Shown: one piece after another, positions 33,782-47,349 of the stretch
Position numbering within the stretch: the stretch's first letter is position 1
Layout: each line of letters begins with the position of its first letter
Assembly: GCA_001687465.1 (NCBI GenBank)
Contig: LVLI01000146.1
Coordinates: 62,001 to 126,000, forward strand
Length of the DNA: 64,000 bases
Direction: 5' to 3'
Origin: Halocafeteria seosinensis
Taxonomy: Eukaryota
Notes under the pieces: model-generated
Seen by the model: the letters and a program-made list of their open reading frames with translations, nothing else
Told to the model about the DNA's origin: nothing
Databases searched by the model: none
Program-made: the position numbers and the translations under genes

Positions 33782-36700
33782 ATGAATAGAGACTATGAGC
33801 TACCCTCGTCATCGTCGTCGGCTTCCTCTGAAGAGAGGAAAGGCCATAAACAGCATCATAAACGACGCAGTAGGCGTCGTCAACGGCGCTCTATTCCGTC
33901 TTCGTCGTCCTCAGAGGAGCGGCATGTACCACCGCCCGCTACAATAGACCAAATAGACGCTCCCCAGCAAGGATATGATTCTCCAGTTTCCTCAGAGAGT
34001 GACGCATCCGGCTCAAAACGGAGGAAGCAAGCTGTAAAAGCAGTGGTTGAAGATGAGACAGAGGAGAATTATAAGGTGAATATTCCTTATGATGAAATTT
34101 TGTATCTTTTGCACGATACTTTGGATCAAATGGGTCTGTATGGTACGCTGCGCACACTTGAGAAGGAATCACAAAAGACGTTTGTTAACTACAACGAGGT
34201 AAAGAAGCTCCAACTACGCCTTTGATTGTTCAAAATTTGGATATACGTTTGGACGTGTGCAGGATGCCTTATTTTTGCGAAGTTTGATTTTGGATGGGAA
34301 ATACGAAGAAGCTCAGGAATTCCTAGAGGTGGGTTCTGTTGAGGTCGTCTTAATCGTACTCGGGTGAAGTTGCTGTAACTCCTTAAATCTGCAGCCGATC
34401 TTGTCCAGGTTGTCCAAAAAGAAGCAGAAGGAAGTATTACGTACCATCGGTATTCAGAAATTTTTGGAGATGTTTGTTGGAGAGGTGGGTCGCCATTTAC
34501 TGTGTTGTGTTGCTTTGTGGGAGAGGTTACACTCCACTCTGAATTGCCGCAGACATTGGATGCTAGCGTTCAAGCGTTGATTGACAATCTAAAGCGCTTA
34601 GAGTCGATTTGCTCTAAAGAAGAGTTCAATGAATTATGCTATATCTTAACTCTAGAGGATCTACAAGGTAAGTTAGAAGGTTCCTGTGTGAGTTGTCTGC
34701 GTCTTACATTGCACCGGTATTCGCCAACAGATCATCCATCATACCAAAATTGGACTGTTTCCATGGGAAGGGCGGATTGTTTTCGTACCCTAGTGCCCTT
34801 TATAGAAGAATGCCTTGGTGACGTATCCTGCGCTCCGAGGGCGAGTTCGGTTAACCCTGCCGGCGTGTTGTTTGGAATACTCGGCTGCCACGCAAGAAGC
34901 GCAGATAAAAAGTCTGAAGCTGGTCATGCGCTCATGTATCATCCCGTGTCAAGTATGTGCATTGCTTCTCGGCGTATAACTCTTCGGTACGTGTTAGTGC
35001 TCTTTCCCCGCAGATCATATAGAAAGCAGAGATGGACGATTTTTTTCTGCCTCGTCCGTTGCCGACGTGAGGACCAATATTACACGCGAGGCTTCCTCGG
35101 TATTCTCTGAAATACAGCGAGAGGATCCCGCTGACTTAATGCAAAACCAGTTTATTGTGAAAAACGAGGAGCATGTAGAGAAAGGATCAGACTTCCGAGT
35201 ACAAGTGGGAAGAGGAGGCCGTAAGAATGAGACCCAGGGTTCTACGGGGGAACATGTTCGGCTCTCTCAAACACAGCTCTTGTCGCCCTACCTTGAAAAG
35301 GCAGCTTCAAAAAACGGAAATGCCCGCCCAAGGACGGCAGGAGACGATTTATACCGGCGCTATGTGAAACATCCACACGATAGTGGATCAAACGAGCCAA
35401 GTGTAGTGGCTAAACTTGGTGGTAGAGAAGCAACATTGGAGGAGTCACAGGACATCCAGGAGCTTTTGCGCCGCAGCTTAGATCCCAGTCAACTTCGCTC
35501 TTTGAAAGTGAATAACAGTGAGACCAGGGAAGTGCACAACGGTTCGGGTACGGAAGAGGCGGAGGAGGAAGCGGAAACAAAGAAAGCGCCTGTGGCTTGG
35601 GAAATCCCCTTCTTCGAAGACGCCAAAGTGAAGGAAACCAAGAAAGCTCCGAAGGAATCTAGATCAGCCAGACAAGTTGAACCGGAACTGGGACCTCAAA
35701 AACCAACTCGCCACTTCCATCCGACTGACGTTATGCGAATGAGACGTGTCTCAGGTAATCGTAGACCGCAAACTGCTCCCAGCTCCAGGGATCAAGGTAA
35801 AAGCAACACTCCTGTGCATGTTCCTTCCGCTCCCCCAAGCAGCGACGCTGAACATACAGATCGGCCAAAAACTATGGAAACTACGGTGAGACGTGCGAAT
35901 ACAACGGAAGAGACTAGTGTTCCCAAGAGTGAAGACGCTCAAAGATTACTTACTCCCACCTCGGAATCTTCAGAGGATGATCAACAGCCAGTAGAAGAAA
36001 AGAGGGAGCCGGAGGAGGAGCACTTGCGCCCTCCCCCGTCCGAGCTTGAGCAAAATGAATGTGTGGATTATGATGCCGCCCAGCAGAACCTTCCACACTG
36101 GTCCTGGCACAAGGGTGATAATACTTCTTTGGAGTTTAATGTGGTGTCCTCATTTTCTGATGTATCTCCTATACGTACTATTGACTTTGACGGATCTGGT
36201 TCATTCTTGTCAATTGGTAGCAACAGCAAATACCTGAGGGTCGGCCATTTTCCTCTTGGGGTGTTTAACGCTTCGTCATATATGGATGTAAATGGGGACT
36301 ACGACGTTTACGAGTCGTTCAGTAATCCTGAGCGGATAGATGGTAAAATCAAAATCCTCGAAGCCTATCGGGATTTCCATATGGGGAGCGTTTATTCGAT
36401 AGATTGGAGCAATCACCGCGGAAACACCATCAACCAGCAAGATCCATTGAATATTTCTCAAGGGGACACCGCACTGATTGCCACCGGGTCGAACGACACC
36501 GTTGTAAAGCTGTTGCGCTGGGAATATGAGGGAATGAAATCAGCCGGCGATGTGTCTTCCTCGTCAGATGTGCTCTCCACTTGTGGAAGCAGTTGGCTAG
36601 CTGGCCAGGCTGTAGGAGAGCCGCGTATCAAAAGGCCCGAAGCTGGGACTGTGAGAAAAGTGCAATTTTTAACTAGGCGATGTTTAGCTACCGCTGGTTC

Positions 36701-37316
36701 AGGTCAAGGGGCTTTGTGTGTTTTTGATGTTGAAGCTTCCGGAAGTGAACCTACTCAACGATTCTCCGGCCATTCCGGAGTTGTGTTTTCTCTTCAGAAA
36801 TGGGGGCATGCAGATGATGGCAACATATTTTTGAGTGGTGGCAGCGATAATACAGTTCGTTTATGGGATCTTCGCACCGGTTCTAGACCAGTGATGGAGA
36901 GTCAACTTTCCGGAGCACACCCAGAAGTTCATTCACTTGCATCCAATAGCTATACCATGGAACGTCAGGTGTTTGCCGCCGGATGTAGTGACGGAAGTGT
37001 TCGTCTGTTTGATTTGCGGAGTACCTCGCGTGAAGCTGCAAGCTCTTCATCACTCCATACGTCCGAATGTCGCTCAGTGGAATTCAGTCCTGATGGGAGC
37101 CTTCTGTTGTCTGGGTCGTTTGATAAATCTTTCGCGGTGTGGGATGTAAGCAATTCCAATTTTAAGGATACATCTGGAGACCTGAAACTCATTCACCATC
37201 AACAGAATGCCCATGAGGATAAAGTGTTGCAAGTGAAGTGGCACCCTATTTGTCCTGCAATTGCCACAAGTAGTGCAGACAAAACTGTTCAATTATGGAA
37301 AGTGACGCCTAGCTGA
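33782..37316 (+). CDS. WDR47: WDR47/Nemitin-like LisH-CTLH-WD40 protein, multi-exon
   Basis: LisH (ILYLLHDTLDQMGLYGTLRTLEKES), CTLH (FLRSLILDGKYEEAQEFL), 'CSKEEFNELCYILTL..DHPSYQNWT...R..CF', and WD40s with 'IGSNSKYLRV', 'HMGSVYSIDWS', 'IATGSND', 'HEDKVLQVKWHP'. Confidence 0.88.
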
Positions 37317-37557
37317 GTGGAGACTTCCAAAAGCAGTAGCCAATGAGGGCATCGAATCCTTCCATGTTCAATTAGGGATGTACAAATGTTCGAGTTTGAA
37401 AAGCTGCAAACGTCTTCGTCTAGGATAAGTACGTATGGCTGGAGTGCCATACTGCGTTTACTTAAATTTCATCAGTATGTGTATTTGTTTATCAAGGACC
37501 CCACGAGGTACTGAAGGAGAGTGCACTATCAAATTTATTCATATATACCGCAGCTAT

Positions 37558-39649
37558 CTACCTATTCTTCTTGGGTTTCTTTTTAGAACTCTTATTATTC
37601 GGAGGTTTAGGTTTATGTGCAGATTTCTTGGAAGAGCCATTCGTCGCTGATACGGCGCTACTTCCCGTGGTGTTGTCTTCGGAGCTGGCAGAAGCAACAG
37701 TAGAAGCCGCCGCAGAACTCGCCGCACTTGATTGCTGTGGGGATGGTGTCTCTACTAGCCCATTTTCCACACCACTAATCATTTGTTGCATGAAGCGCTG
37801 AGTCACCGACATGTAATTTCGCACCTCTCTAAGATACTCGAACATCTTAGCGGCGCTTAGTTCATTACTTATAAACCTGTAGAACAAGTGCACGTATCTT
37901 CTTAGACTTACTCAGGCCACAACGCTGAACACATACTTGTTAACATCGTCTCTCAACTCTACAAGCTCTTGCAAGTACTCCATGTTTTTCTCTAACTTCT
38001 GTTGCAAGAATTCAAATAACAAGAGCTCTGCCTCATTTTCGCAATAGTAGCCAAATACATATCTGCGGAAATAAGCAGCAATCATTCATCAGCATCACCC
38101 AAAGTCGCTACAGCAAGCGATACGTACGTCCACTTCAATACTCTTCTTGCCTCCATAAGTAAGTTACATGCGTTCTCTAAACACTCAACATCTTTGTAAG
38201 TAAGTCCTTTAACGCTCTGGAGACTATTTAGTTTCTCTCTCAAGTCCGAGAGCAGACGTTCGGTAGTCTTCCGAGCCTTCTCATGGTTCGCATATCGGCT
38301 GAAGTAGTGCATGTACCTATCCAAGTATTCACTAGCTTCTCGAGCGCTCTGCTCAATGTTCTGGAGATTGGGATCACGCTTAGCTTTATCAGAGTATTTA
38401 TTGCATTCATAGTATCCCCCACTGCTGGTTCCATGGTCGGACCATGGTCCCAGACACATCCAACAAAACTCATGACCACATCCACCACTATGTTGCTTAC
38501 ATGTCATGTGATTGCAACCTTGATTCTTCTCAATGTGGACTCCGCATTTTGGACATGGCTTAGTGTTAGCCATGATCCACATTGTGTTTTCACTCTCACT
38601 ACTGTTCTTTATCTTCCACTTCTTCACGTCCCTACAAACTGCCGGCCGATGAGCATCCTCTAAACATGCGAAGCAGTACATATGCCCACAGCGACACAAC
38701 ACATCGTAAGCACCACCTCCTGAATACAGCGACATATACGGGCAATTGGGTGCCGGGCAAAACTTGGCATGAGGATTTCGATCCACAAAGGCTTCAACAA
38801 GGAAACGATCAAACTGATTAAGCTCTTCTTCTGAGCAAAATTGTCGAAACAGTCTTCGTCTAACTTTCTGCAAACGCGTACGTTAATGCATTTAACTACT
38901 ACTTCAGCGACATGTTTATCGTTCTATACTATACATACTTCTGTACAGTCGGCTTCAGGGCACACAAGATTTATACAACCGTGACCGCGAGCAATTTCTT
39001 CTTTGATGTACGATCTCCATCCCTCCCATGAAATCCAGTGTCCACACGGGAGCGCTTCACATTCTGTATAGGCGATATCATCATCCAAAGTTATCGGGCA
39101 CATCTCTAAATATCCTTCAGGCCTCGGAGGCGGATCCCCAGGGGAAATTCCGACTTCTCTCCGGAGCTGTACCAAGACGGTGTGCTCGTAGTCTCTAAAC
39201 AGAGGCGAGAAACAGTGAGGAAACACACTTACTTGTTCGGGCCGATCAAACCACTGCGTTTTCAGTTTCTGATCGTCCCACCGAAAATGATTTAGCAACA
39301 CCAGCACTTCATCTGAAGGAAGGCATAAAACTTCCGCTGTTTCATTGACGACTCGTAGCATCTCCTCCTTCATCTCGTGGAATGTAACTATGACACATTC
39401 TTTCCTCTCATCAGCACTGACGCTTCCATGGAGCAATTGTTTCAAAGCGTACTGTGTGGAGGCTTCCGCCGTAGCACGTCGGCTCGCTGAGTGCTCATCG
39501 TTTGCCAGAGCGTGGTCTTTCGCCTCTGGTGTGGAGGAGCCTTGGTGATCCTCGTCAGATTCGTACACATAGTCCTCTTCCTCTTCCATCGCCACATCTT
39601 CCTCCGATTCGTACTCGTACTCCGAGTCCTCATCCACTAGATCGTCCAT
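37558..39649 (-). CDS. ARIH1: Ariadne-family RBR E3 ubiquitin ligase, multi-exon
   Basis: Acidic N-terminus, 'LLNHFRWD', RING1-like segment, IBR (CPAPNC...CRCGHMYCFACLEDAHRPAVC), RING2 'NTKPCPKCGVHIEKNQGCNHMTC', Ariadne domain 'RYMHYFSRYANH', 'RRVLKWTY'. Confidence 0.95.
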
Positions 39650-40092
39650 CGTTCCTCGGGGAAAGTCAAGTACAACAAAAACGACTTCAAGACGATTCAC
39701 TTTGCTTTAAGCCTTGCTCTATCAATTTTCTCTTTGCACACTCTCTCTCTCGTTTCTCCTGTACTCCTCCAATGGACATCGAGAAAAGACAAGGAAAACA
39801 CGTGCAATACCGAGTCGGTACACAGACAAACACGGTTCTTAGAGGGCTTTTGTACGATTCTTAAAAGACTACTTCTCGTCAAACTTCAACTTCCCCCCAC
39901 CCGGACCCGGACAACATCGTTGGGGAGTGCCACGGTGAAAATTTCCAAACGTCGGGCGGCGGGACGGGAGGTCACCGCACCCTTCATTCGCTTCAGGGGA
40001 TTATTAACCATGGACATCATTTGATAAGGGTTCATGCACTTTGATGGAGTGGTACTTTACTTAGGTTCCATTTCTGGTCGAATTAAAGCGCC

Positions 40093-41439
40093 ATGTCGTC
40101 GTCATTTTACCGCCCACCGGGCGCTTCTCCCATGTCGTCTCCTCCGTCAGCCCACCAAAATGGCTCCAATCAGCAATATAATGGCCGTAGAGACACGACA
40201 GATACGACAGGAGGGAGTGTAAGCAAGAGTCTCACCTATGACCAACCTACACAAGGCAACGAGAAGTTTAGACACCCCAGTGGTAAGTGCCAAACCCCGT
40301 GAGTGACAGGTGCTCTTCTTCAAATTAGTCCTAAATCGAGCATTATACACCCTTTCCATATTTATTATGGCCTAATTCTTGTTTGATCTATGCCTATCAA
40401 TGCAACTGCAGGTAAAATTATCGAAATACGAGATGTATGGGCCAGCAATTTGGATGAAGAAATGGCCTGCATACGTGAAATTGTGCAGAAATACAATTAT
40501 GTTGCAATGGTATGTATTAAGCAATTGGGCTCATCCACCAACGTTGTTTCAGCAGCAGAACACTAAGCATGATTGGATATTGCTATGCACACACTAACAG
40601 GACACTGAGTTCCCCGGTGTTGTCGCACGACCTGTTGGAAGTTTTGCCAGCCACACAGAATATACCTATCAAACTCTGAGATGTAACGTGGATTTGTTGA
40701 GGATTATTCAGTTAGGTTTAACGTTTGCGGATGAAAACGGAGATATACCAGAAGGATGTGCTTGCTGGCAGTTTAACTTCCAGTTCGACCTCAAGTATGA
40801 AGACTGTTGAACGTGCATGTGGCTTCCATGGCCGTGGTCATCATTCTCCCATTCGAATGGTTTTGCAGGGAAGACCTATATGCTCAAGATAGTATAGATT
40901 TGCTGAAGCGCTCGGGAATCGATTTCGACAGACATCAACGAGAAGGCGTTGATGTCATGCGTTTTGGTGAATTACTGATGTCATCTGGGTTAGTGTTAAT
41001 GCCGAATGTGAAGTGGATTTCATTTCACAGCGGTTACGATTTTGGTTATTTATTAAAGGTACGTGATATCATGGGGACTGATTTCCAAGTTCCCAAAGAT
41101 GTAGTACTGCTGTCAAACAATTTGCAGCTGTTGACATGCCAAGCACTCCCGGAGGATGAGCACTCATTTTTTAGTCTTTTAAGTCGATATTTTCCTTATA
41201 TTTACGATATCAAGCAACTTATGAGGTCGGTAGATGGCCTTCAGGGTGGATTGAATAGAGTGGCTGAGGATCTAGGTGTTGATCGAGTCGGGCCAAAGCA
41301 CCAGGCCGGAAGTGATAGTCTTCTAACCAGTGCTGTCTTTTTCGCTATGAGTGAAAGATTCTTCGAGAGCAATGTCGAGAAGAAAGGGTTTACAGGTTCA
41401 TTGTATGGCCTTAAGAACCCGTTCAACCAAATTCAATAA
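40093..41439 (+). CDS. CAF1: CCR4-NOT deadenylase subunit CAF1 (CNOT7/8, POP2), multi-exon
   Basis: Spliced IRDVWASNL, YVAM|DTEFPGVVARP, YQTLRCNVDLLRIIQLG, WISFHSGYDFGYLLK, HQAGSDSLLT (DEDD nuclease). Confidence 0.97.
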
Positions 41440-41702
41440 TTAATATGCAACAGTCGCAAATCTGTAGTGGAAATGCTATGATTACATTGTTGTTACTAAT
41501 GAAACGGTCCAACGAATCATTGGCGAATCGCCATTGCTACGTGGCCAGAAAAAACTTTGTCGAAGTCCTTCAATTGGCCGACTTCTTGAACAAAGCCATT
41601 AGCTTCAAGGAGCGAGGTGATTGAAGCGGAGGACAGTGTTACAACAGTATGATAGACTCCGACGATATTGTTGTATGCACGCGGTAATTTTTGAAGCCTA
41701 AG

Positions 41703-43574
41703 ATGTATTTCGTCTGCATCGACATCATATGCGCAGCTTGCTGCACTTGGAAAGCATGCTGCTCATGTGGAGCAAGCAGCCAGCGCAGTGCCAAAGCCAC
41801 TAAACTCGTGTATGTCTCCATCATTCTCCTGGCCTCCATTGCCAGTATATGTTTCCGATTTGTCGGTCTCGACGCCATTGACAGCGTCCTGGACCAATTC
41901 AAGTCATGCACGGGGAAGCATTGCCTGCGAAATCAAGCTGTCATGCGCACGAGTTTAAGCGTATTCATCTTCTTTCTGGGCATGATTCTCGCTGTCACAA
42001 TCAATGTGGTACGTACTCCTGTTGTGGCCTGAGAATGATGGTGATATTGATGGTGGTGGGATTACGGCACCTATACAGCGATACCACCTCGGAGCATGGT
42101 TGTGGAAATTACTGGCATGGATCGCGCTGTTTGTAATCTGCTTATTCGCCTTCCCGCATGGTACGTGAACCTTCTGAGGCTGCGAGACTTGGTACTCGAC
42201 GAGATACGCATGGTTTTTTGCCCCGTCGTGCAGAATTCTTCAAGGTGTACACGTGGATCTCGCGGGTGGGATCCATGCTGTTTCTCATGGTTCAAGTGCT
42301 CATGTTGATAGACTTCGCGTATGACTTCCAGGAGTATGCTTTGGATAAAATCAAAGAGGTAATTGTGCTAGTTCGTAGGTATCCTTATAAGTCCTGTAGA
42401 TTGATTCGTTTGTGATTGTTCAACAGCGTGATAATGAGCTTCATGATGAAGGAATCGAGCCCGGGTGCCTTTCAAACCACTGGAAGGTTATTTATGTTTT
42501 TGTCAGCGGTAGCTTGTTCATCGCAGCAGTTGTTGGGCATGGCATCATGGTTGACCGTTTTGGAGGCTGCTTTGAAGGCCTTTTCTTCAGTGTGGAAAGT
42601 CTCGTGGCGGGTATTCTATTGACAGGCTTAAGCAGTAAGTAGGACATTACGCTTATTGTACCCGAGAGTGCACAGGCTTGACGCCGCTTCGTTTGCTTGT
42701 CCAGTTTCCGCGGGTGTAGGAGCTGGCCTACTTCCACCGTCAATGGTGTTCGTCAACTTGGCAGTCTACACTTGGGGAGCTGTGTCCAACAATCCTGATA
42801 CAAGCTGCAATCCTGGATTGGGAAGTGTACGTCAGGGCCAATTGGTTTCACTTATTTGAAGCACTAGTCACCCTTTGCTACAGGGCTCCACATGGAGGAT
42901 TATAATTGGGCTAATTCTAGCAATAGGATCCATCTGTTGGGGAAGTTTCCGAGCTGCAGGCTCTGCGTACGACATCATCGCTAAGACTGGGGGTCCGCCG
43001 AATACGTTCGAATCAATATCGGACAATCGCCAAGGTACAGCCGACGACAACGGGTATCAAGAAGCCAACTCAGCTTCAGACATTGACGATGACTCATACG
43101 CAGAGGCTGGAGATGGTTCCGCGAAAGAAGAGAACGCTGACGAAGAAAGTGGGGAATCAAGAGGTGATATTCGTACCGCGCAGCTTCGAGACGCCCATGA
43201 GGAGTCAGGGAGTGACAACAAAGCAGAATTCGAGGAAGAAGAGGAGAAAAATCGTATAAATGACGCCGATCCGCAAGCTGTTAGTTATCACGTCATTATG
43301 GCTATCAGTGGCTTGTACATAGGCATGTTATTTACAAACTGGGGCGACACCAATGCCGATTTGGACTCATCGGACCCTGAGCTAAGTAATACTGCAATGT
43401 GGTACGTGTCCTCACTGTTGCCTGTTTGAAATGCTGATTAACGACAACAATGGTGAATGAGTTGACTGCAGGACGCGTATGGGGGCTGTCTGGGCAATTC
43501 AACTCATTTTCTTGTGGACTCTTGTGGCGCCCAAGGTAGGCCCTGTCATTTGTCCCGGTAGAAGTTTTGAATGA
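41703..43574 (+). CDS. SERINC: SERINC/TMS1 family membrane protein, multi-exon
   Basis: Cys-rich N-terminus, 'ATKLVY', 'AVMRTS', 'FLMVQVLMLIDFAYD', 'GLLPPSMV', 'YIGMLFTNWG', 'WTLVAP...PGRSFE'. Confidence 0.93.
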
Positions 43575-44433
43575 GCTTGCGAGCTCTGGATTGTACTGCT
43601 GGAGCGACTGCTCTCGAAGACCAAACGTCTGCTACTCTTGATCGATATTTTGTGGCACCCTCCGGTATCAGCAGACCTCGGCTCAGCGCGCGTAGCCGGA
43701 CTACTGGCGCCTATAACCGTCTGTCTCCCTACGCGTTTTGCAAATCGCCCTTGCTTGTAGAGTACTCGTAATTTGGACTGGTTATTTCACTTCCAGATAG
43801 TTACTGTGTCCTGAGGTGCCGAAGTGGTGGATATTGTACTCATTTTCACCCACAGCGGAACATTAAGCCGAACGATGTATTCGTGGAAGGAACGAGTTAT
43901 GTAACAAAAGACGCGTTAATTTTTATGGAGCAAACCTAACAAATAGCTTGTTACGCCCTGCTAGTTGGTAAACTCAAGGGGGGATTCTAACGACACTGGA
44001 AACAACCATAGGAACGGAAGACAACTGTCAGCCGTCTGAGGCTGCGACTATGCGAGATTCTCAGACCTTGCTTCTGTTAAGCGACTTCATCCCTTGTTTG
44101 CTCTTAACATGGAAGTTGGGAGATCAACAATCCGTCGTGCATGAATAAAATTATCTCGGCCAGGTAAAGCACATTAGAACTCTGTTTGCGCGTCGTGATA
44201 CAGGTGACCTAATATTAAACGGGAATTTCCAAGAATACAGCATTTAAGCTCATAGGTGATTATGCGCCTTGTGCTTAATCATATCATGAATAAAATGTAT
44301 GACGCGTGTATGAAATCTGAATATAAGCGACATGGAAAGAGGCAGGGGAAATAGTGTGCATTTGTTAGCCCAAAAAACGATTACTCATCATGTCAGCGAA
44401 GCGAAGTGAATTCGCGCTAGGGGTATTATCCAT

Positions 44434-46875
44434 TTATGCAGCAAAACGAAGAAAGCGGCCCCCTCTCTTGCCTTTCTTACCACGGCCGCGACGATCTTCT
44501 CCGTCTTCATCCTCATCCTCATCCTCTCTCTTGCCTTTCTTACCACGGCCGCGACGGTCTTCTTCGTCCTCATCCCCTTCTCCGTCTTCTTCATCCTCGT
44601 CGCCACCATCTTCTCCGCGACCGACGATCCGCACTTCAGCATTCCCAGTCAAAGGAATACCATTTTCATCTTGCCCGACCAATTCCAATGTGCCAAACTC
44701 ATTTTCAAGGGATAATCCCGTGTCTCCTTTGCAGTGAAACTTCAAATCGATGACACCATCGTTGTTGACATCCTCCAAGTGTCCGTTGTGGCGAGCCTTG
44801 CATCCACCACCAGAGGCCACAACCGAAGCAGTTCCGAACCGAAGGCTACTCACGTCCGTGGTAGTTGCATTAAAGTAGGAATCACTCAGAATAGCAACCG
44901 GGAGCACCCCTTTTGCGTGAGGGTGCACTGGGGCTTTCCCATCTTTGTGCCCTTCATCTTCGTCTTCAGTCGGCTTCACCAACAGTGTCACCAAATGAGG
45001 GACGACGATAGACTCTTGACGAGTAGCTGAAGCTAAGTCATGATCAGTAACTTCCAACAGCACATCATAACTTCCTCCCTTCGAGTACACGTGCGTTGTT
45101 GTGACTACGCGGATGGGGCCAGTAGGATCAGGTTGGGATACGGCAGGGGTTGTTTGTTCCCCATCACCCCATTTCACAGAGGCCGATAAAACGTCAGCCA
45201 CACCGGCATCGCCAACGGTTGCCTCTAAGCTGACTGGACTACCTCGAATCGCACTGTCCAAATCCAAATCCAAAATTGAAGGGGCCACATTTTCAACAAC
45301 GAGTGAAAACGTATCACTCGCTGTCTGCCCGTTACTTCCTGTAACCGTAATCGTCACTGTCTGACTGCCACTCGGACCATCCACAGGAGTATAGGACCAT
45401 AACCATTTTCCGTTTCCGATGTTGCTGATATTCCCTATAGAGGCATGCAGGGATCCATCAGCAGGGAGATGAGTGCCAGTGTTTCCCACAGCGCTACCTT
45501 CTGGGCCATCAACTTCCTTCTCCGACACTTCCACTTTCGAATTCGCAACAACTAATGTAACCGACTCTGGAGCGCCTGCTGTTCCAAGTTGACTTGTTGC
45601 TAAGAATGTGACGGTGCTGGTACCTTCCTGTGTAGCAGTGGGAATCCATTTGAATTCGAAAATGGCTCCGGTGGCACTGCTCGAAATTTGAGTGAGGGTA
45701 GCTCCTACCGGCATCCCAGAAGCCTGAAGAGAGGGTGTATCACATCCTCCATTTTCATTCCCTGTTTCAATTAAAAAGGAACCCTCGGTGCCTGTGCTGA
45801 ACGTCACGGTGGCATCTGAAGTCGCTACCCAGGGAGTCGATCCTTGAAACGCGGGAGCGGAATCCAGAAGGCATGAACATCCTCCGCATTCACTGTCGGA
45901 GCTGCATGCTTTCCCACAGTTGGGGTCAGTCAATGCACTGCATTGTTGGCAGCTTTTCACTTCTTGCTGGACTTGGATGATGAAGTCGACAGGAACCTCA
46001 CTAATTCCATCCGAGATTTTGACCTGGATGCTGTAGAGCAACGGGGTTGAGCCAGTAGGCGGACTTGTCCAGGAAACCAGACCAGTAGTTGCATCGATGA
46101 TCAGATTTGGAGGCTGTTGCAAATTGAGCCATTCGACCCCGGATGCAAGCCGGAATGTAAGCGCATTACCGTCTGAATCTGAGGCCCCAACGAAGAATTG
46201 GATCGGTCTACCCTCCAGCACGGGAACGATGGGCAAGGTGGCCGCCACAGGAGGAGTGTTGACTTGAGTTCTTCCGGGAAGAATTCGCAGATCGACTGTT
46301 CCCTGGATTCTGGTGGACGCATGACTATTTAGAACGAGGTTTCCTATCCGGCAGCACGTGTCGAAACTGAAGACCCACGGATTTCCGAGGGAATCAACGG
46401 GGCTTGGGTAAGTATGGACGACTTTTACTTCCGTGTCGATCCATCCTTCAGCAGGGAACGCGGCAGTCACAGTAGCAGTCAACCAACCACTGGAGGATCC
46501 ATCACCAAAAGTAATAGGAGAAAGGAAGTAGGACTGTCCGACACTGAATACGCCTTTCCTGCGGAACACACGAAGCGTTGTACAGTATTAGAAATCTCAT
46601 TCTGTAACCGTAGCAAAGAAAGAGAACCTACCAGGCGGTTCCTAGTTTGAATTCGACCGTCGTTCCATTTAGATGCTTCCAACTTGCGGTGGCGTATCTG
46701 ATATCAAAACAGAACAGAACAACTATTGATTCTGTAGAAGACAATAGCAAACCAGGCTTTACTGGAGGAATTCGTACCGTCCGTGAGATGCCTCCACCGT
46801 GAGGCATGAACCGATTGCGAATATCAGTCCGCATAACCACTGGCGTGCAGTGCTGGTACTGGCGTTGGTCTTCAT
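44434..46875 (-). CDS. Secreted cadherin/Ig/PKD-domain protein with bacterial-like terminal domains (introns 46777-46698, 46631-46559)
   Basis: Spliced N-terminus MKTNAS...CLTVEA-SHGRYATASW..VEFKLGTAWKG; FGDG, HTY, CCRIGNL; cadherin-like 'ASDSDGNALTF', 'IDATTGLVSW'; 'NVAPSI'; PKD 'WGDG...HVYSKGGSYDVLLEVTDHD'; C-terminal 'GVLPVAILS...EDVNNDGVIDL'. Confidence 0.85.
44463..44588. repeat. Coding tandem repeat, 63-bp period x2 (acidic run + DRRGRGKKGKR)
   Basis: ctctcttgcctttcttaccacggccgcgacg occurs at 44463 and 44526. Confidence 0.92.
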
Positions 46876-47299
46876 CGGTTGGGGTCGCTGCAATCGAGGA
46901 GACATTTTATTAGTGAGCATATCCCATAGACATGTATGTATCTCAGGTTGCATAAGTGTTTCGCTCTGAAATGAATTTCGTACACTATATACAATTGTTC
47001 GAAATGGAAATCCAGAAATTCCGGCGCTGGTTTCTTCAGTTACATGGTTTCGTGCAGGGCACCCACCAAGGGTATCTTTCCGTCGCACTAATACCGGACA
47101 AATACAGGTACAAATGGTGCAATTCGTCCAGTAAAAGACTTACTCTTGACACTTGAACGTTAAACTCTTTAACTTAAGCTCAGTTTTCTTTTCGTTTCTG
47201 TGTTGGCACAATTGTCCGTAAACAACTTGCTTGAGGTTGTCGACAAACAATCCCTTCGAAACTTAAACTGTAATTGTGTGTGGATAGGAAGCACTGGTT

Positions 47300-47349
47300 C
47301 CACCGTCCCACCTGACGAAACCACCGTCCCACTTGACGAAACCACCGTC
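47300..47349. repeat. Intergenic 21-bp tandem repeat x about 2.4
   Basis: ccaccgtcccac(c/t)tgacgaaa at 47300 and 47321, partial copy at 47342. Confidence 0.9.

Noticed and set aside
47300..47349. Possible CRISPR-like array
   Set aside because: Head-to-tail repeats with no spacers, no cas genes, eukaryotic context.
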